DNA from: Patescibacteria group bacterium
GTDB lineage: Bacteria; Patescibacteriota; Patescibacteriia; UBA10025; JAHIVO01
Length of the DNA stretch: 64,000 nucleotides
Assembly (NCBI GenBank): GCA_041660605.1
Contig: JBAZWB010000001.1
Coordinates: 814,503-878,502, forward strand
Direction of reading: 5' to 3'
This document shows, piece after piece, positions 1-8,458 of this stretch; position 1 is the stretch's first letter, and each line of letters begins with the position of its first letter. The position numbers were made by a program, and so were the translations under genes. The notes beneath the pieces are model-generated. The model searched no databases. It was given only the letters and a program-made list of their open reading frames with translations, and was not told the origin of the DNA.

Positions 1-53
1 ACATACTGGACACCATCATCCAGGGAGAGACTCTTAAAGAAAAAATAAACCCA

Positions 54-1859
54 TTGAAAGCTTTTTCTAATATTGTAAGCGGTACGCTTGATAATAATGA
101 TGATCTCCTGTTTTGCACTCCCAGTATGTTCGACTTCCTTTCGCAGGAAAAATTAAAACGCGTTATCAAGGAGCATAGTCCTGCCCAGGCAATAAGCATG
201 CTTGACCAGATTCTGACAGAAAATGTTACAAACACTTCTTTTGGAGCGATAATTATTAAATTAGCCACGGAGCAGATCACGCAGCCAGCCAATGCGACAG
301 TGCTCAGTACGGCGACGCCTGTGGTCAGTTCAGTCTATCAAAACTCACAATCTTCGATGGAAAGTCTTGCTCAGAAGCAGGAAATTACGGATCAGGTGAT
401 GTCGCCTTCACTAACCAGATATTTTTCTCAGATGCTGCACCGTTTTTCCTCCAAAATCAGCAAGTTCATCAAACTAAAAGTTTTCAAGCAGTCGCCGCGC
501 CGCATTCAATTCAGCCAGCAAATACGCCAATATCAGCCTGCTCAGCAGCCCAATAACCAGGAACACAGTAACATAGCCAGTTTAGGCAGGACTGCTTCCA
601 GGGGTGGGCGCTCAGTTGTAAATATTATTTCAAAATCAATGGCTGCGCTTTTTTCTCTGGCTAAGCGCAAGGAAGAAATTAAAGGCCAAGTCAAAAGCGT
701 GCCTACTAAATTTTCCCAGAAAATATCCAATTCCCTGTTGCGCTTCAACAGATTGCCTGGATTGAGCAAAATAATACTAGGGCTGGTTGTTGTGATTGCC
801 TTTGTGCTGGCCCAAAGTTTTTTTAGCCAGGCTGCTTCCAACCAAAAAAATCAGCAAGGCGTTGAATTCGACAGCACAGTCTCCTCTATCTCTCAAAATA
901 TTCTGAAAGCGGAGGCCGCCTTGTCTTACGGAAACGAACAAGGCGCTAAGGATTTGCTGACTGAAGCGCAGACACTGGTCTCTCAGCTGCCAAAAAATAA
1001 TAAGGACCAGGAAAATAAGATCAATGAACTGACTAATAGTATCAATATCCAGCTGGAGAAAACCCGCCACCTAACCAATGTCGCACTGACGGAAATCGCC
1101 TCTATAACCGACCAGAATCAGCCAGTCAATGTGAAGGATTCAGCTTTGCTGAATAGCACTATCTATACTTTTGATCCGGCTAAAAAAACAATTTACGGTA
1201 TTAATCTGGACAACGCTGAAATTAACAGCTGGCCGCAGGCTGAAGATCAAAGCGCCTTCCAATACCTCATACCCCAAACTGCCAATACGCTATTATTTTT
1301 TAATACTGCCAACAGTTTAGCGGAATTTAACACCGACAAGGAGACGCTGAAAAATCTGAGTATAACTTTTCCCAATAGTGACGTAAATATCGCCAGTATT
1401 TATATTTATCAGAGCCGTCTCTATTTGCTTGATATAAAAAATAACCAGATCTACCGTGCCGCTAAGACCGCCAACGGCTACGGCTCCGTCACTTCCTGGG
1501 TGAAAGACGACACTTCCCTGGCGAACGCCAAATCACTAGCTGTTGATGGATTTGTCTACGTGCTGGATAAAAACGGCACTCTGACCAGAATGTTTCAGGG
1601 AGCCCGCCAAAACTGGAAATTAGACGACGTCAATCCGCAACTCAATAATGCAGATAAAGTCTGGACTGATCAAAGCTCTACCAATATTTATGTCATGGAC
1701 ATAAAGGGAAAGAGGATTGTGGAATTTAATAAAAATGGCCAGCTGCAAAACCAATATACGAATGACTCCCTGTCCAATCTTAAGGATTTTTCTGTTGACG
1801 TAGCCGGCAAAAAAATCTTCGTACTTAACGGCAATAAAATTTCATCTTTTCCAATTTAA
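54..1859 (+). CDS. Hypothetical membrane protein: cytoplasmic N-terminal region of about 235 aa, one TM helix (LGLVVVIAFVLAQSFF), and an extracytoplasmic domain of about 340 aa with repeated hydrophobic/Asn-rich strands (possible beta-propeller). Start is uncertain: TTG at 54 or ATG at 126.
   Basis: Long ORF with a single hydrophobic helix. A stop lies in-frame upstream at 45-47. No recognisable catalytic motif. Confidence 0.45.
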   Translation: MKAFSNIVSGTLDNNDDLLFCTPSMFDFLSQEKLKRVIKEHSPAQAISMLDQILTENVTNTSFGAIIIKLATEQITQPANATVLSTATPVVSSVYQNSQSSMESLAQKQEITDQVMSPSLTRYFSQMLHRFSSKISKFIKLKVFKQSPRRIQFSQQIRQYQPAQQPNNQEHSNIASLGRTASRGGRSVVNIISKSMAALFSLAKRKEEIKGQVKSVPTKFSQKISNSLLRFNRLPGLSKIILGLVVVIAFVLAQSFFSQAASNQKNQQGVEFDSTVSSISQNILKAEAALSYGNEQGAKDLLTEAQTLVSQLPKNNKDQENKINELTNSINIQLEKTRHLTNVALTEIASITDQNQPVNVKDSALLNSTIYTFDPAKKTIYGINLDNAEINSWPQAEDQSAFQYLIPQTANTLLFFNTANSLAEFNTDKETLKNLSITFPNSDVNIASIYIYQSRLYLLDIKNNQIYRAAKTANGYGSVTSWVKDDTSLANAKSLAVDGFVYVLDKNGTLTRMFQGARQNWKLDDVNPQLNNADKVWTDQSSTNIYVMDIKGKRIVEFNKNGQLQNQYTNDSLSNLKDFSVDVAGKKIFVLNGNKISSFPI

Positions 1860-1870
1860 TATCTCAGAAT

Positions 1871-1909
1871 AAAAAAAACCGCCGTTTATCTTGATTCGGC
1901 GATTTTTTT
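1871..1909. terminator. Bidirectional rho-independent terminator between convergent genes 54..1859 (+) and rplL (-)
   Basis: A8 tract, stem CCGCCG(1879-1884)/CGGCG(1897-1901), then a T7 tract (1903-1909). Confidence 0.7.
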
Positions 1910-1918
1910 ATTTATCGT

Positions 1919-2350
1919 TTATTTAAGAGTAACCTGTGCGCCGGCTTCTTCCAGTTTTTTCTTCAGTTCAGCGGCTTCTTCCTTGGTGGCGCCTTCCTTT
2001 ATCACTTTCGGCGCCGCATCAACCATATCCTTGGCGTCTTTAAGCCCTTTTTGCGTAATTTCACGCACGACTTTAATGACGGAAATTTTATTGCCGCCGA
2101 CGGCAGTCAGCTCCACATTGAAGCTTGATTGCTCCTCCGCAGCCGCTCCCGCTTCACCAGCGCCGGCTGCAGCCACGGCTACCGGAGCCTGGGCTGAAAC
2201 GCCGAATTTCTCCTCTAAAACTTTTACCAGTTCTGCCAGCTCCATGACTGATAGTTTCTCAATCTCGGAAACCAGGCTTTTGAATTTTTCCGGCACTTCG
2301 GCTTTTTTTTCTTCAGTGGCCGGTGCGTCCTTTTTTGGTTCTTCTGTCAT
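1919..2350 (-). CDS. rplL: 50S ribosomal protein L7/L12
   Basis: 143 aa. Ala/Glu-rich flexible hinge ([14 protein letters not shown]) and C-terminal domain motifs ([24 protein letters not shown]...[15 protein letters not shown]) typical of L7/L12. Sits immediately downstream of rplJ. Confidence 0.9.
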   Translation of the reverse strand: MTEEPKKDAPATEEKKAEVPEKFKSLVSEIEKLSVMELAELVKVLEEKFGVSAQAPVAVAAAGAGEAGAAAEEQSSFNVELTAVGGNKISVIKVVREITQKGLKDAKDMVDAAPKVIKEGATKEEAAELKKKLEEAGAQVTLK

Positions 2351-2373
2351 ATTTTTTGCACTTTAATAGTTAA

Positions 2374-2907
2374 TTATTTATTCAATGCTTTTGAATCTTT
2401 AATGGCGTTCAGGGCATACAGCAAGCTCCGCAAGTTCCCGGCCAGTACGTTGACCAGACCGGATAAAGGATAATTTATCAGCCAGACCAGCTTGCCATAC
2501 AATTCTTCCTTACCGGGCAGAGCAGCCAGCTTCTTGATTTCCGCCGCATCAACGAATTTTCCCTGAAAAATACCGCCGACTAATTTTAAAGCGTTATTCT
2601 TCTTAGCAAATTTGCTTAATATTTTAGCCGGCATAATCTCGTCATCATAGCCGAAAGCCGCACCCAGACCGCCATGCAATGTATCAATATCAATGCCTTT
2701 TAAATTTGCCTGCTGTAAAGCTAGTTTTAACAGCGTTTTTTTAGTTACCGTGTAGTCAATCTTTGCTTCCCGCAAGATATTGCGCAATTCAGTAGTCGCC
2801 TTTACATTCAGACCGTCAAAGCTGGTAAAAACCACAACTTTGATTTTAGCGAGCTTATCGCTTAGGCTTTTTACTGATTCTTGCTTTTGTACTTTAGTTT
2901 TTGCCAT
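2374..2907 (-). CDS. rplJ: 50S ribosomal protein L10
   Basis: 177 aa, N-terminal MAKTK...KVQ..V, L10-like length and composition. Conserved rplJ-rplL gene order. Confidence 0.85.
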   Translation of the reverse strand: MAKTKVQKQESVKSLSDKLAKIKVVVFTSFDGLNVKATTELRNILREAKIDYTVTKKTLLKLALQQANLKGIDIDTLHGGLGAAFGYDDEIMPAKILSKFAKKNNALKLVGGIFQGKFVDAAEIKKLAALPGKEELYGKLVWLINYPLSGLVNVLAGNLRSLLYALNAIKDSKALNK

Positions 2908-3076
2908 ATATTATTAGATGATTTTAATAATGTTGAATATAAAAAATCTGTGAGAAGGCCACAGACTAAAATAATGCTTATTTGCCTCGGCGGGTTTTAT
3001 AATCTCTTTGGGAGAAATACCCACTGTCTGTGGCGATATTTATGTTATTCACAGTATATCAGACAAAATAACAATG

Positions 3077-3775
3077 TCAAGCGATTGTCGTACCCTGGTA
3101 TCTTTTACCCGCAATAATGGACCTTAGATTGGGCAGATCATTACCAAGGCATATAACTACAGACAAACCAATTTTTTGTGCTAATTTTGAAGCTTCTGGG
3201 TCAAACGGGACATGCGCACCTGGTTTCCACTTCTTACCAGTCAGCTTTAATAAATTGTCCCAGGACATTTTTTCTATTTTTTTTGCCGTTCTATCCTTAT
3301 GCGGGTCTGCAGTATAAACATATTTAATGTTTGAAAGATTGATCAGCGTCATCGCCCCGTATGTCCTAGCCAGCATTACCGCATCTTTGTCCGAGGAACA
3401 GCCTGGCTTCCAGCCAGAACCAATTAAAATTTTCCTGGGGGTTGATGCTTTTTTATTCGGATTATCCAAAATCTTCGGATACGCATAGGAACTGAAAATT
3501 GCGCGCACTAACTCCGCATTATATTTAGTCGCGGATATGCCTATCCAATCAAGATCATTTGAGCTAATTTTTGGATTAACTTCTTGCGCTCCTTTCTGAT
3601 AATGGCGGCAGATCTCCCCTCCTCCGGTAACTATTATAAAACGATAGCCATTTTTTACTAATCCTAAAATCAATAATTTAAATTTTTTTAAATACGCTGT
3701 GTTAATGTTGCCCGGAATGATAATGGACCCGCCAAGCGACAACACAACCGTCTTTTTTATTTTGCCATACGCCAT
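3077..3775 (-). CDS. pyrH: Amino-acid kinase family protein, most likely UMP kinase (archaeal/short type)
   Basis: 232 aa. Motifs VVLSLGGS and IVTGGG typical of uridylate kinase and the carbamate-kinase fold. The exact substrate cannot be fixed from sequence. Confidence 0.5.
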   Translation of the reverse strand: MAYGKIKKTVVLSLGGSIIIPGNINTAYLKKFKLLILGLVKNGYRFIIVTGGGEICRHYQKGAQEVNPKISSNDLDWIGISATKYNAELVRAIFSSYAYPKILDNPNKKASTPRKILIGSGWKPGCSSDKDAVMLARTYGAMTLINLSNIKYVYTADPHKDRTAKKIEKMSWDNLLKLTGKKWKPGAHVPFDPEASKLAQKIGLSVVICLGNDLPNLRSIIAGKRYQGTTIA

Positions 3776-3794
3776 ATTTCTATATGCTACTTTT

Positions 3795-4844
3795 TTAATC
3801 CAAATACTTCTTTTTATTCTGCAGGTGCTCTTCGTAAGTTTTGCTGAAAACCGTCGTATCGTCCGGCTTGGTCAGAAAATAAAAATAGTCAGTTTTTTCC
3901 GGATAAATGGCCGCTTTTATAGCATCAATTGATGGATTACAAATCGGACCCGGCGGTAGACCTTTGTATTTGTAGGTATTATAAAGACTGTCAACCTTGA
4001 TATCACTTGAAGATGGCTGTGTGTCACCTCCGCCGGTTACATAATTAACGGTTGCATCGGATTGCAAGGCTACTCCGCTATTTAATCGGTTGTAAAAAAC
4101 ACCTGCCGCAACATTTAAATCATTATTTATCGGTTGGCCCTTTATCCGTTTAATTTTTATTTCTTTCTCTAAAATAGAAGCTAATGTGACAATTTGGTAG
4201 ATATTCATGTTGTCCGCGGCAGCATCTTCGACCATCTGATCAGTAAATTTCACGCCAAAATTATTAAGCTGACGCTCAATTATTTCTGCCGAAGTAGTAC
4301 TTTTGAAAATGCGATAGGTATCGGGAAATAAAAATCCCTCCAGCCCCTGGTCGCTGGGCTTATCTGCCAGAAAAGTATATTGTTTGTCAGGAATGATATT
4401 ACGTGTATCCGTAGTTAAAGCGGTGGCGGTAAAATCTTCCTTTGTCACCACGCCTTTTTCCTGAAGATAATCAGCGATGTCTGCGATCTTCCAGCCTTCC
4501 TTAATTGTAATCGCTTCTTCAGAAGGCGGACTGCCGCCGGTCAACGCCTGAACCATTTCCTTAATATTCATATTTTTTCGCAAACCGTAATCCCCGGCAA
4601 TAAATTTTGATTCTGATTTATCCAGAAAAACATATGTCTCAAACCACCAGGCGCTGCGGATAATCCCCTGTTCATCCAGATTTGCGGCAATTTCCTTGAC
4701 CCCCTGGCCTTCGGCGATGGTGAAAATCAATTCATCCTCCGAGGAAGAAACCGGCAGGCTTACCTGATTCCAAAAATAAAGACCTCCCAGGAGCCCGGCG
4801 CCTAAAATCGCTAAAAAAAATATTAATATTATATTCTTGAACAT
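3795..4844 (-). CDS. mltG: Endolytic murein transglycosylase MltG (YceG-like family)
   Basis: N-terminal TM anchor followed by a YceG-like domain (DYGLRKNMNIKEMVQALTGG, ASILEKE, FYNRL, LQSDATVNY). Confidence 0.75.
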   Translation of the reverse strand: MFKNIILIFFLAILGAGLLGGLYFWNQVSLPVSSSEDELIFTIAEGQGVKEIAANLDEQGIIRSAWWFETYVFLDKSESKFIAGDYGLRKNMNIKEMVQALTGGSPPSEEAITIKEGWKIADIADYLQEKGVVTKEDFTATALTTDTRNIIPDKQYTFLADKPSDQGLEGFLFPDTYRIFKSTTSAEIIERQLNNFGVKFTDQMVEDAAADNMNIYQIVTLASILEKEIKIKRIKGQPINNDLNVAAGVFYNRLNSGVALQSDATVNYVTGGGDTQPSSSDIKVDSLYNTYKYKGLPPGPICNPSIDAIKAAIYPEKTDYFYFLTKPDDTTVFSKTYEEHLQNKKKYLD

Positions 4845-4870
4845 TATTTTCTTGCCTTATGATTCATTAG

Positions 4871-5947
4871 TTATAATAATTTTTTAATCCTATGCTTCTC
4901 CAATTTTTCTACAATTTTTTTTACATCCTGCGCTTTTTCCTTGGGACAAACCAGCACGCAGTCTTCCATATCAATTATTATCATGTCCTTGACGCCAGCT
5001 GTCGCTATCAGCCGGCCCGAATACCCGTATATAAGATTATTCTCCGAATCAACCGTGATCGCCTGGCCTTTTATTACATTATCTTTTTCATTATTAGCCA
5101 AAACATCCTTAACTGCGCGCCAATGTCCGATATCCGTCCAGTCAAAATCCGCCGGGATAACGATTATTTTTTTGGTTTTTTCCATTATACCATAATCTAT
5201 GGAGATCGGTTTTATTTTGGCAAACTCCTTTATTAACACCTGATTTTCCCGCGATGTGCCGATGGCCGAATGAATTTTCATCAGAATTTGGTAATGCTGG
5301 GGCAAATATTTCTTGAACAAACTCAAAAGATAGTCAACGCGCCAGCAAAACATCGCCGGATTCCACAGATAATCCCAGCGCTTCATGTATTTTTTTGCCG
5401 TCGGCAAATCCGGTTTCTCAATAAATTTTTCTCCGTAAAAAATTTCGTCATTTCCTGCCTGGCGGAATAATTTATTGATTTTAATGTACCCATAGCCGGT
5501 CTCCGGATAAGTCGGTCGGATTCCCAATAGTAAAGTTTGCTCGGGATTCTTACTGACTATTTTTTCCGCCAGCCGGAGAAGACGGATATATTCTTTTATA
5601 TTTTTTATGTAACCGTCGGAATTGGCCATCATCATCACTTCCTGGGGATTCTTTTTCGCCAGATAAACCGCTGCCAGACCGATAGCCGCCGCCGTGTCCT
5701 TTTTCGCCGGCTCAAGAATGTAATTTACTTTGGGCAGGCCAGGAATCTGATTTTGGATAAAATTTTTCTGCTTGATATTACTGGAGATAAAAATATCTTT
5801 TGGCAAAAAACCCGTCCTGATGCGGTTATAGGTTAATTGCAACAATGTTTTATTACCGATAAACGGCTGAATCTGCTTGGGCCGATTTTTTCTGGAGACC
5901 GGCCACAGCCGCGTACCTCCGCCTCCCGCTAAAATCATTATTTTCAT
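4871..5947 (-). CDS. Mannose-1-phosphate guanylyltransferase (nucleotidyltransferase family)
   Basis: N-terminal MKIMILAGGGGTRLWP (the G-x-G-T-R-L sugar-nucleotidyltransferase motif). About 358 aa, matching the ManC N-terminal domain. Confidence 0.7.
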   Translation of the reverse strand: MKIMILAGGGGTRLWPVSRKNRPKQIQPFIGNKTLLQLTYNRIRTGFLPKDIFISSNIKQKNFIQNQIPGLPKVNYILEPAKKDTAAAIGLAAVYLAKKNPQEVMMMANSDGYIKNIKEYIRLLRLAEKIVSKNPEQTLLLGIRPTYPETGYGYIKINKLFRQAGNDEIFYGEKFIEKPDLPTAKKYMKRWDYLWNPAMFCWRVDYLLSLFKKYLPQHYQILMKIHSAIGTSRENQVLIKEFAKIKPISIDYGIMEKTKKIIVIPADFDWTDIGHWRAVKDVLANNEKDNVIKGQAITVDSENNLIYGYSGRLIATAGVKDMIIIDMEDCVLVCPKEKAQDVKKIVEKLEKHRIKKLL

Positions 5948-5991
5948 AAAAATCCTTTTAGTGAATATTTCAAATTATTGACATAAGGCGA

Positions 5992-6624
5992 TCATTCCCC
6001 CCACTTTTTCGGAATCAAAGGGACAAATTGAAATCCCGGATGCCTTTTCTCATCATAATCAGTATCAGAGATCTTCTCCAGCTCAACCATCTCCTGTTCA
6101 TATTTACCGACAGGGATAACCAGCTTACCGCCAATTTTTAACTGCTTCAATAAGATATCCGGTATGCCAATTTCCGCGGCGGCTGCCACAATGATTCTAT
6201 CATACGGAGCAGCTTTAGCGTAACCCTTTGTGCCGTCGGCGCAAATAAACTCAACATTCTTAAAGTTATATTTATGGATATTCTCTTCGCCAATTTTTTT
6301 TAAATTTGGAATTCGTTCAACAGCATAGACACGCCCTGCTGGACCGACAATTTCTGCCAGCAGCGCCGTCTGCCAGCCAGAACCGGAACCAATATCTAAA
6401 ATTTTCTCGTCAAATTTCGGCTGCAGCAGCTCCAGCATAAAGGCCACCGTCAAAGGCTGCGAAATAGTCTGCCCATGGCTGATAGGAAGTGGTATATTCA
6501 GCTCCGCCTGATCTTTCATTTCAATTGGTAAAAAGTCTTCCCTTTTTATTTTCTTAAAAGCATTGATGATGCGTATTGATTTTAAAAATCCTTCATCAAT
6601 TAAATTTTGAATCGGCTCCTCCAT
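5992..6624 (-). CDS. pcm: Protein-L-isoaspartate O-methyltransferase
   Basis: TISQPLTVAFMLELL and the SAM-binding motif LDIGSGSGWQTALLA. 210 aa. Confidence 0.85.
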   Translation of the reverse strand: MEEPIQNLIDEGFLKSIRIINAFKKIKREDFLPIEMKDQAELNIPLPISHGQTISQPLTVAFMLELLQPKFDEKILDIGSGSGWQTALLAEIVGPAGRVYAVERIPNLKKIGEENIHKYNFKNVEFICADGTKGYAKAAPYDRIIVAAAAEIGIPDILLKQLKIGGKLVIPVGKYEQEMVELEKISDTDYDEKRHPGFQFVPLIPKKWGE

Positions 6625-6684
6625 ATTGATTTTTCCTTTAAATTATGATATAATGTATTTATAAAATAAAAATCAAAACAAATA

Positions 6685-7488
6685 ATGCATATAATTGACC
6701 GAAAAAAATATTTTGGTATTTTGGTAGGCTTTGGTTTTTGCCTGCTTTTTTTATTGCCTCAATCTGCGGCTGCCCAGATTTATGACGCTAAAAGTATTTT
6801 TCAATTAATCAATCTGGAACGCCAAAAATATAATGCTGGCACACTTTCGGAAAATACTCTGCTGGAGCAGGCGGCTGTAAATAAAGCAAACGATATGGCG
6901 GAAAAAAATTATTTTACGCACCAATCGCCTATCGGTAAAATGCCCTGGGACTTTGCGGTTGAAGCGGGCTATCGATACAGCATTCTGGGAGAAAATCTGG
7001 CAATCGATTGGCCAAGCGCCGCAGAAGTTGTACAGGCCTGGATGGACAGTCCCTCGCACAAAAAAAATATTCTCAATTCTGAATTTTCAGATACCGGCAT
7101 AGCGGTAATAAATTATAATGGCCATTTTCTGGTTGTTCAGATTTTTGGTAAAGCAAACGAAGTTCAAAATGATATAGTCCCAATAACCTTACCGGCCGTA
7201 ACCTTGCCAGCAGTACCGGCTGAAAAAACCACCACTAATCTAATAATCAAGCCCTCTAGCGCTTCGCCGATTGTAAATGAACAAAGTCAATTAACTGTAA
7301 CCTCCATTATAACAAATAAACTAATACCGGAAAATATGGCAGTCCTTGGGGCCAATAATACAAAAAAATCACCGCCTGACACCAACACCATGTCTCAACG
7401 GAATCTTACCCAATATTTAATTGCCACCACCTTTTTTCCTTTAGCCCTTGGATTGTTTGTTTTAAATAATCCAGCCCATCCAAGGTAA
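6685..7488 (+). CDS. Secreted CAP/SCP/PR1-like (YkwD-like) domain protein
   Basis: Signal peptide. CAP motifs YFTHQSP, GENLA, AVQAWMDSPSHKKNIL, DTGIAV. Confidence 0.7.
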   Translation: MHIIDRKKYFGILVGFGFCLLFLLPQSAAAQIYDAKSIFQLINLERQKYNAGTLSENTLLEQAAVNKANDMAEKNYFTHQSPIGKMPWDFAVEAGYRYSILGENLAIDWPSAAEVVQAWMDSPSHKKNILNSEFSDTGIAVINYNGHFLVVQIFGKANEVQNDIVPITLPAVTLPAVPAEKTTTNLIIKPSSASPIVNEQSQLTVTSIITNKLIPENMAVLGANNTKKSPPDTNTMSQRNLTQYLIATTFFPLALGLFVLNNPAHPR

Positions 7489-7514
7489 CTGATTCATAAT
7501 TATTTTACTAGTTT

Positions 7515-7543
7515 CGTGCATTGCACAAATGCACGATTTTTTT
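7515..7543 (+). terminator. Rho-independent terminator of the CAP-domain gene
   Basis: Stem CGTGCAT(7515-7521)/ATGCACG(7529-7535) followed by a T7 tract (7537-7543). Confidence 0.75.
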
Positions 7544-7837
7544 ACTGAAAAGTTAACCAATATAGCATTATCAATACCTTTTACTGCTTAGCATTACCGG
7601 TTGGTTAATTTTTTAATTATTTGGCTTAATAATAACTTAATCATGGATATTTTATACTGAGTTGGCTATGCGCAAATTATATATATTTTTAAACGGAAAC
7701 CTGCCAGGCAGCCATTAATAATATAAAAAATTAATAAACCATGCTTTACAATCTTTTTCAAAATAAACACACTATTTCAGTAAACTATTTAAGTAATATT
7801 GATCTAAGCGTGTTTATTTTGGCAAAGGTCGAAGATC

Positions 7838-7870
7838 AGCCGTTAATACCGGCTGTTTTTATTTTACCAA
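7838..7870 (+). terminator. Intergenic hairpin plus T-tract, a candidate terminator of a short intergenic transcript
   Basis: CAGCCG-gttaata-CGGCTG followed by TTTTTATTTT, about 70 nt upstream of the 7940 gene. Confidence 0.4.
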
Positions 7871-7939
7871 CATCAATCCCTTAAACGGGTTAAAAATAAC
7901 GCTCTTTAACTAATACGTCTAATTAATAAGGAAAACATT

Positions 7940-8449
7940 ATGAAAAAATTAATTCTCTCATTATCAATCTTCTCAGTGTTTGCTTTAGCATTCACTATTG
8001 CCTCACCAGTCTCAGCTTTCAGCTGGCACTTTAACAGAGGCACAACTGTCGTCAGCTCCAACGAAGCTTCAGTAGGAAATACCGTGAATGCCATGTCTAA
8101 CACTGGCAGCAATACTGCTGAAGACAACGACGATGGAACATCAATCGTGACAGGCCCGGCTACCTCCATGATTGACCTGCAAAACGGGATCAATGATAAC
8201 TCCACCATATTGAGACTGCGCGGCAGAATCGGCAGCTTGAAAGTTATCAGCAAAAACTCTGCTGAAGTAATGAATGTTACTACATCCACGGCAGATACCG
8301 GTAACAATACAGCAAACGAAAATGATGATGATACGTCAGTCACAACCGGTGAAGCTGCCTCAGGGATTACTATTGCCAACATGGTCAATTCGAACATGAC
8401 CAGAATTTTTAGCTCTTCTCATTTCCATCATTTCGAAGACGTTGAATAA
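7940..8449 (+). CDS. Small secreted protein with two copies of an Asn/Thr/Gly-rich repeat (NTAxxNDDxTSxxTGxA)
   Basis: Signal peptide. An SD-like AAGGAAAA lies upstream. The repeat is shared with the N-terminal half of the adjacent giant protein. Confidence 0.55.
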   Translation: MKKLILSLSIFSVFALAFTIASPVSAFSWHFNRGTTVVSSNEASVGNTVNAMSNTGSNTAEDNDDGTSIVTGPATSMIDLQNGINDNSTILRLRGRIGSLKVISKNSAEVMNVTTSTADTGNNTANENDDDTSVTTGEAASGITIANMVNSNMTRIFSSSHFHHFEDVE

Positions 8450-8458
8450 TCAGCGTTA

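Noticed and set aside
1983-2366. Plus-strand 127-aa ORF antisense to rplL, and similar antisense ORFs to dnaX (62030..62578), purA (50694..51224) and guaA (53482..54045)
   Set aside because: Opposite strand of strongly supported, conserved genes. Ala/Ser-rich mirror translations.
7906-8397. Minus-strand 163-aa ORF overlapping 7940..8449
   Set aside because: The plus-strand ORF has a signal peptide, an SD-like site and repeats shared with the neighbouring giant gene. The minus ORF is its shadow.
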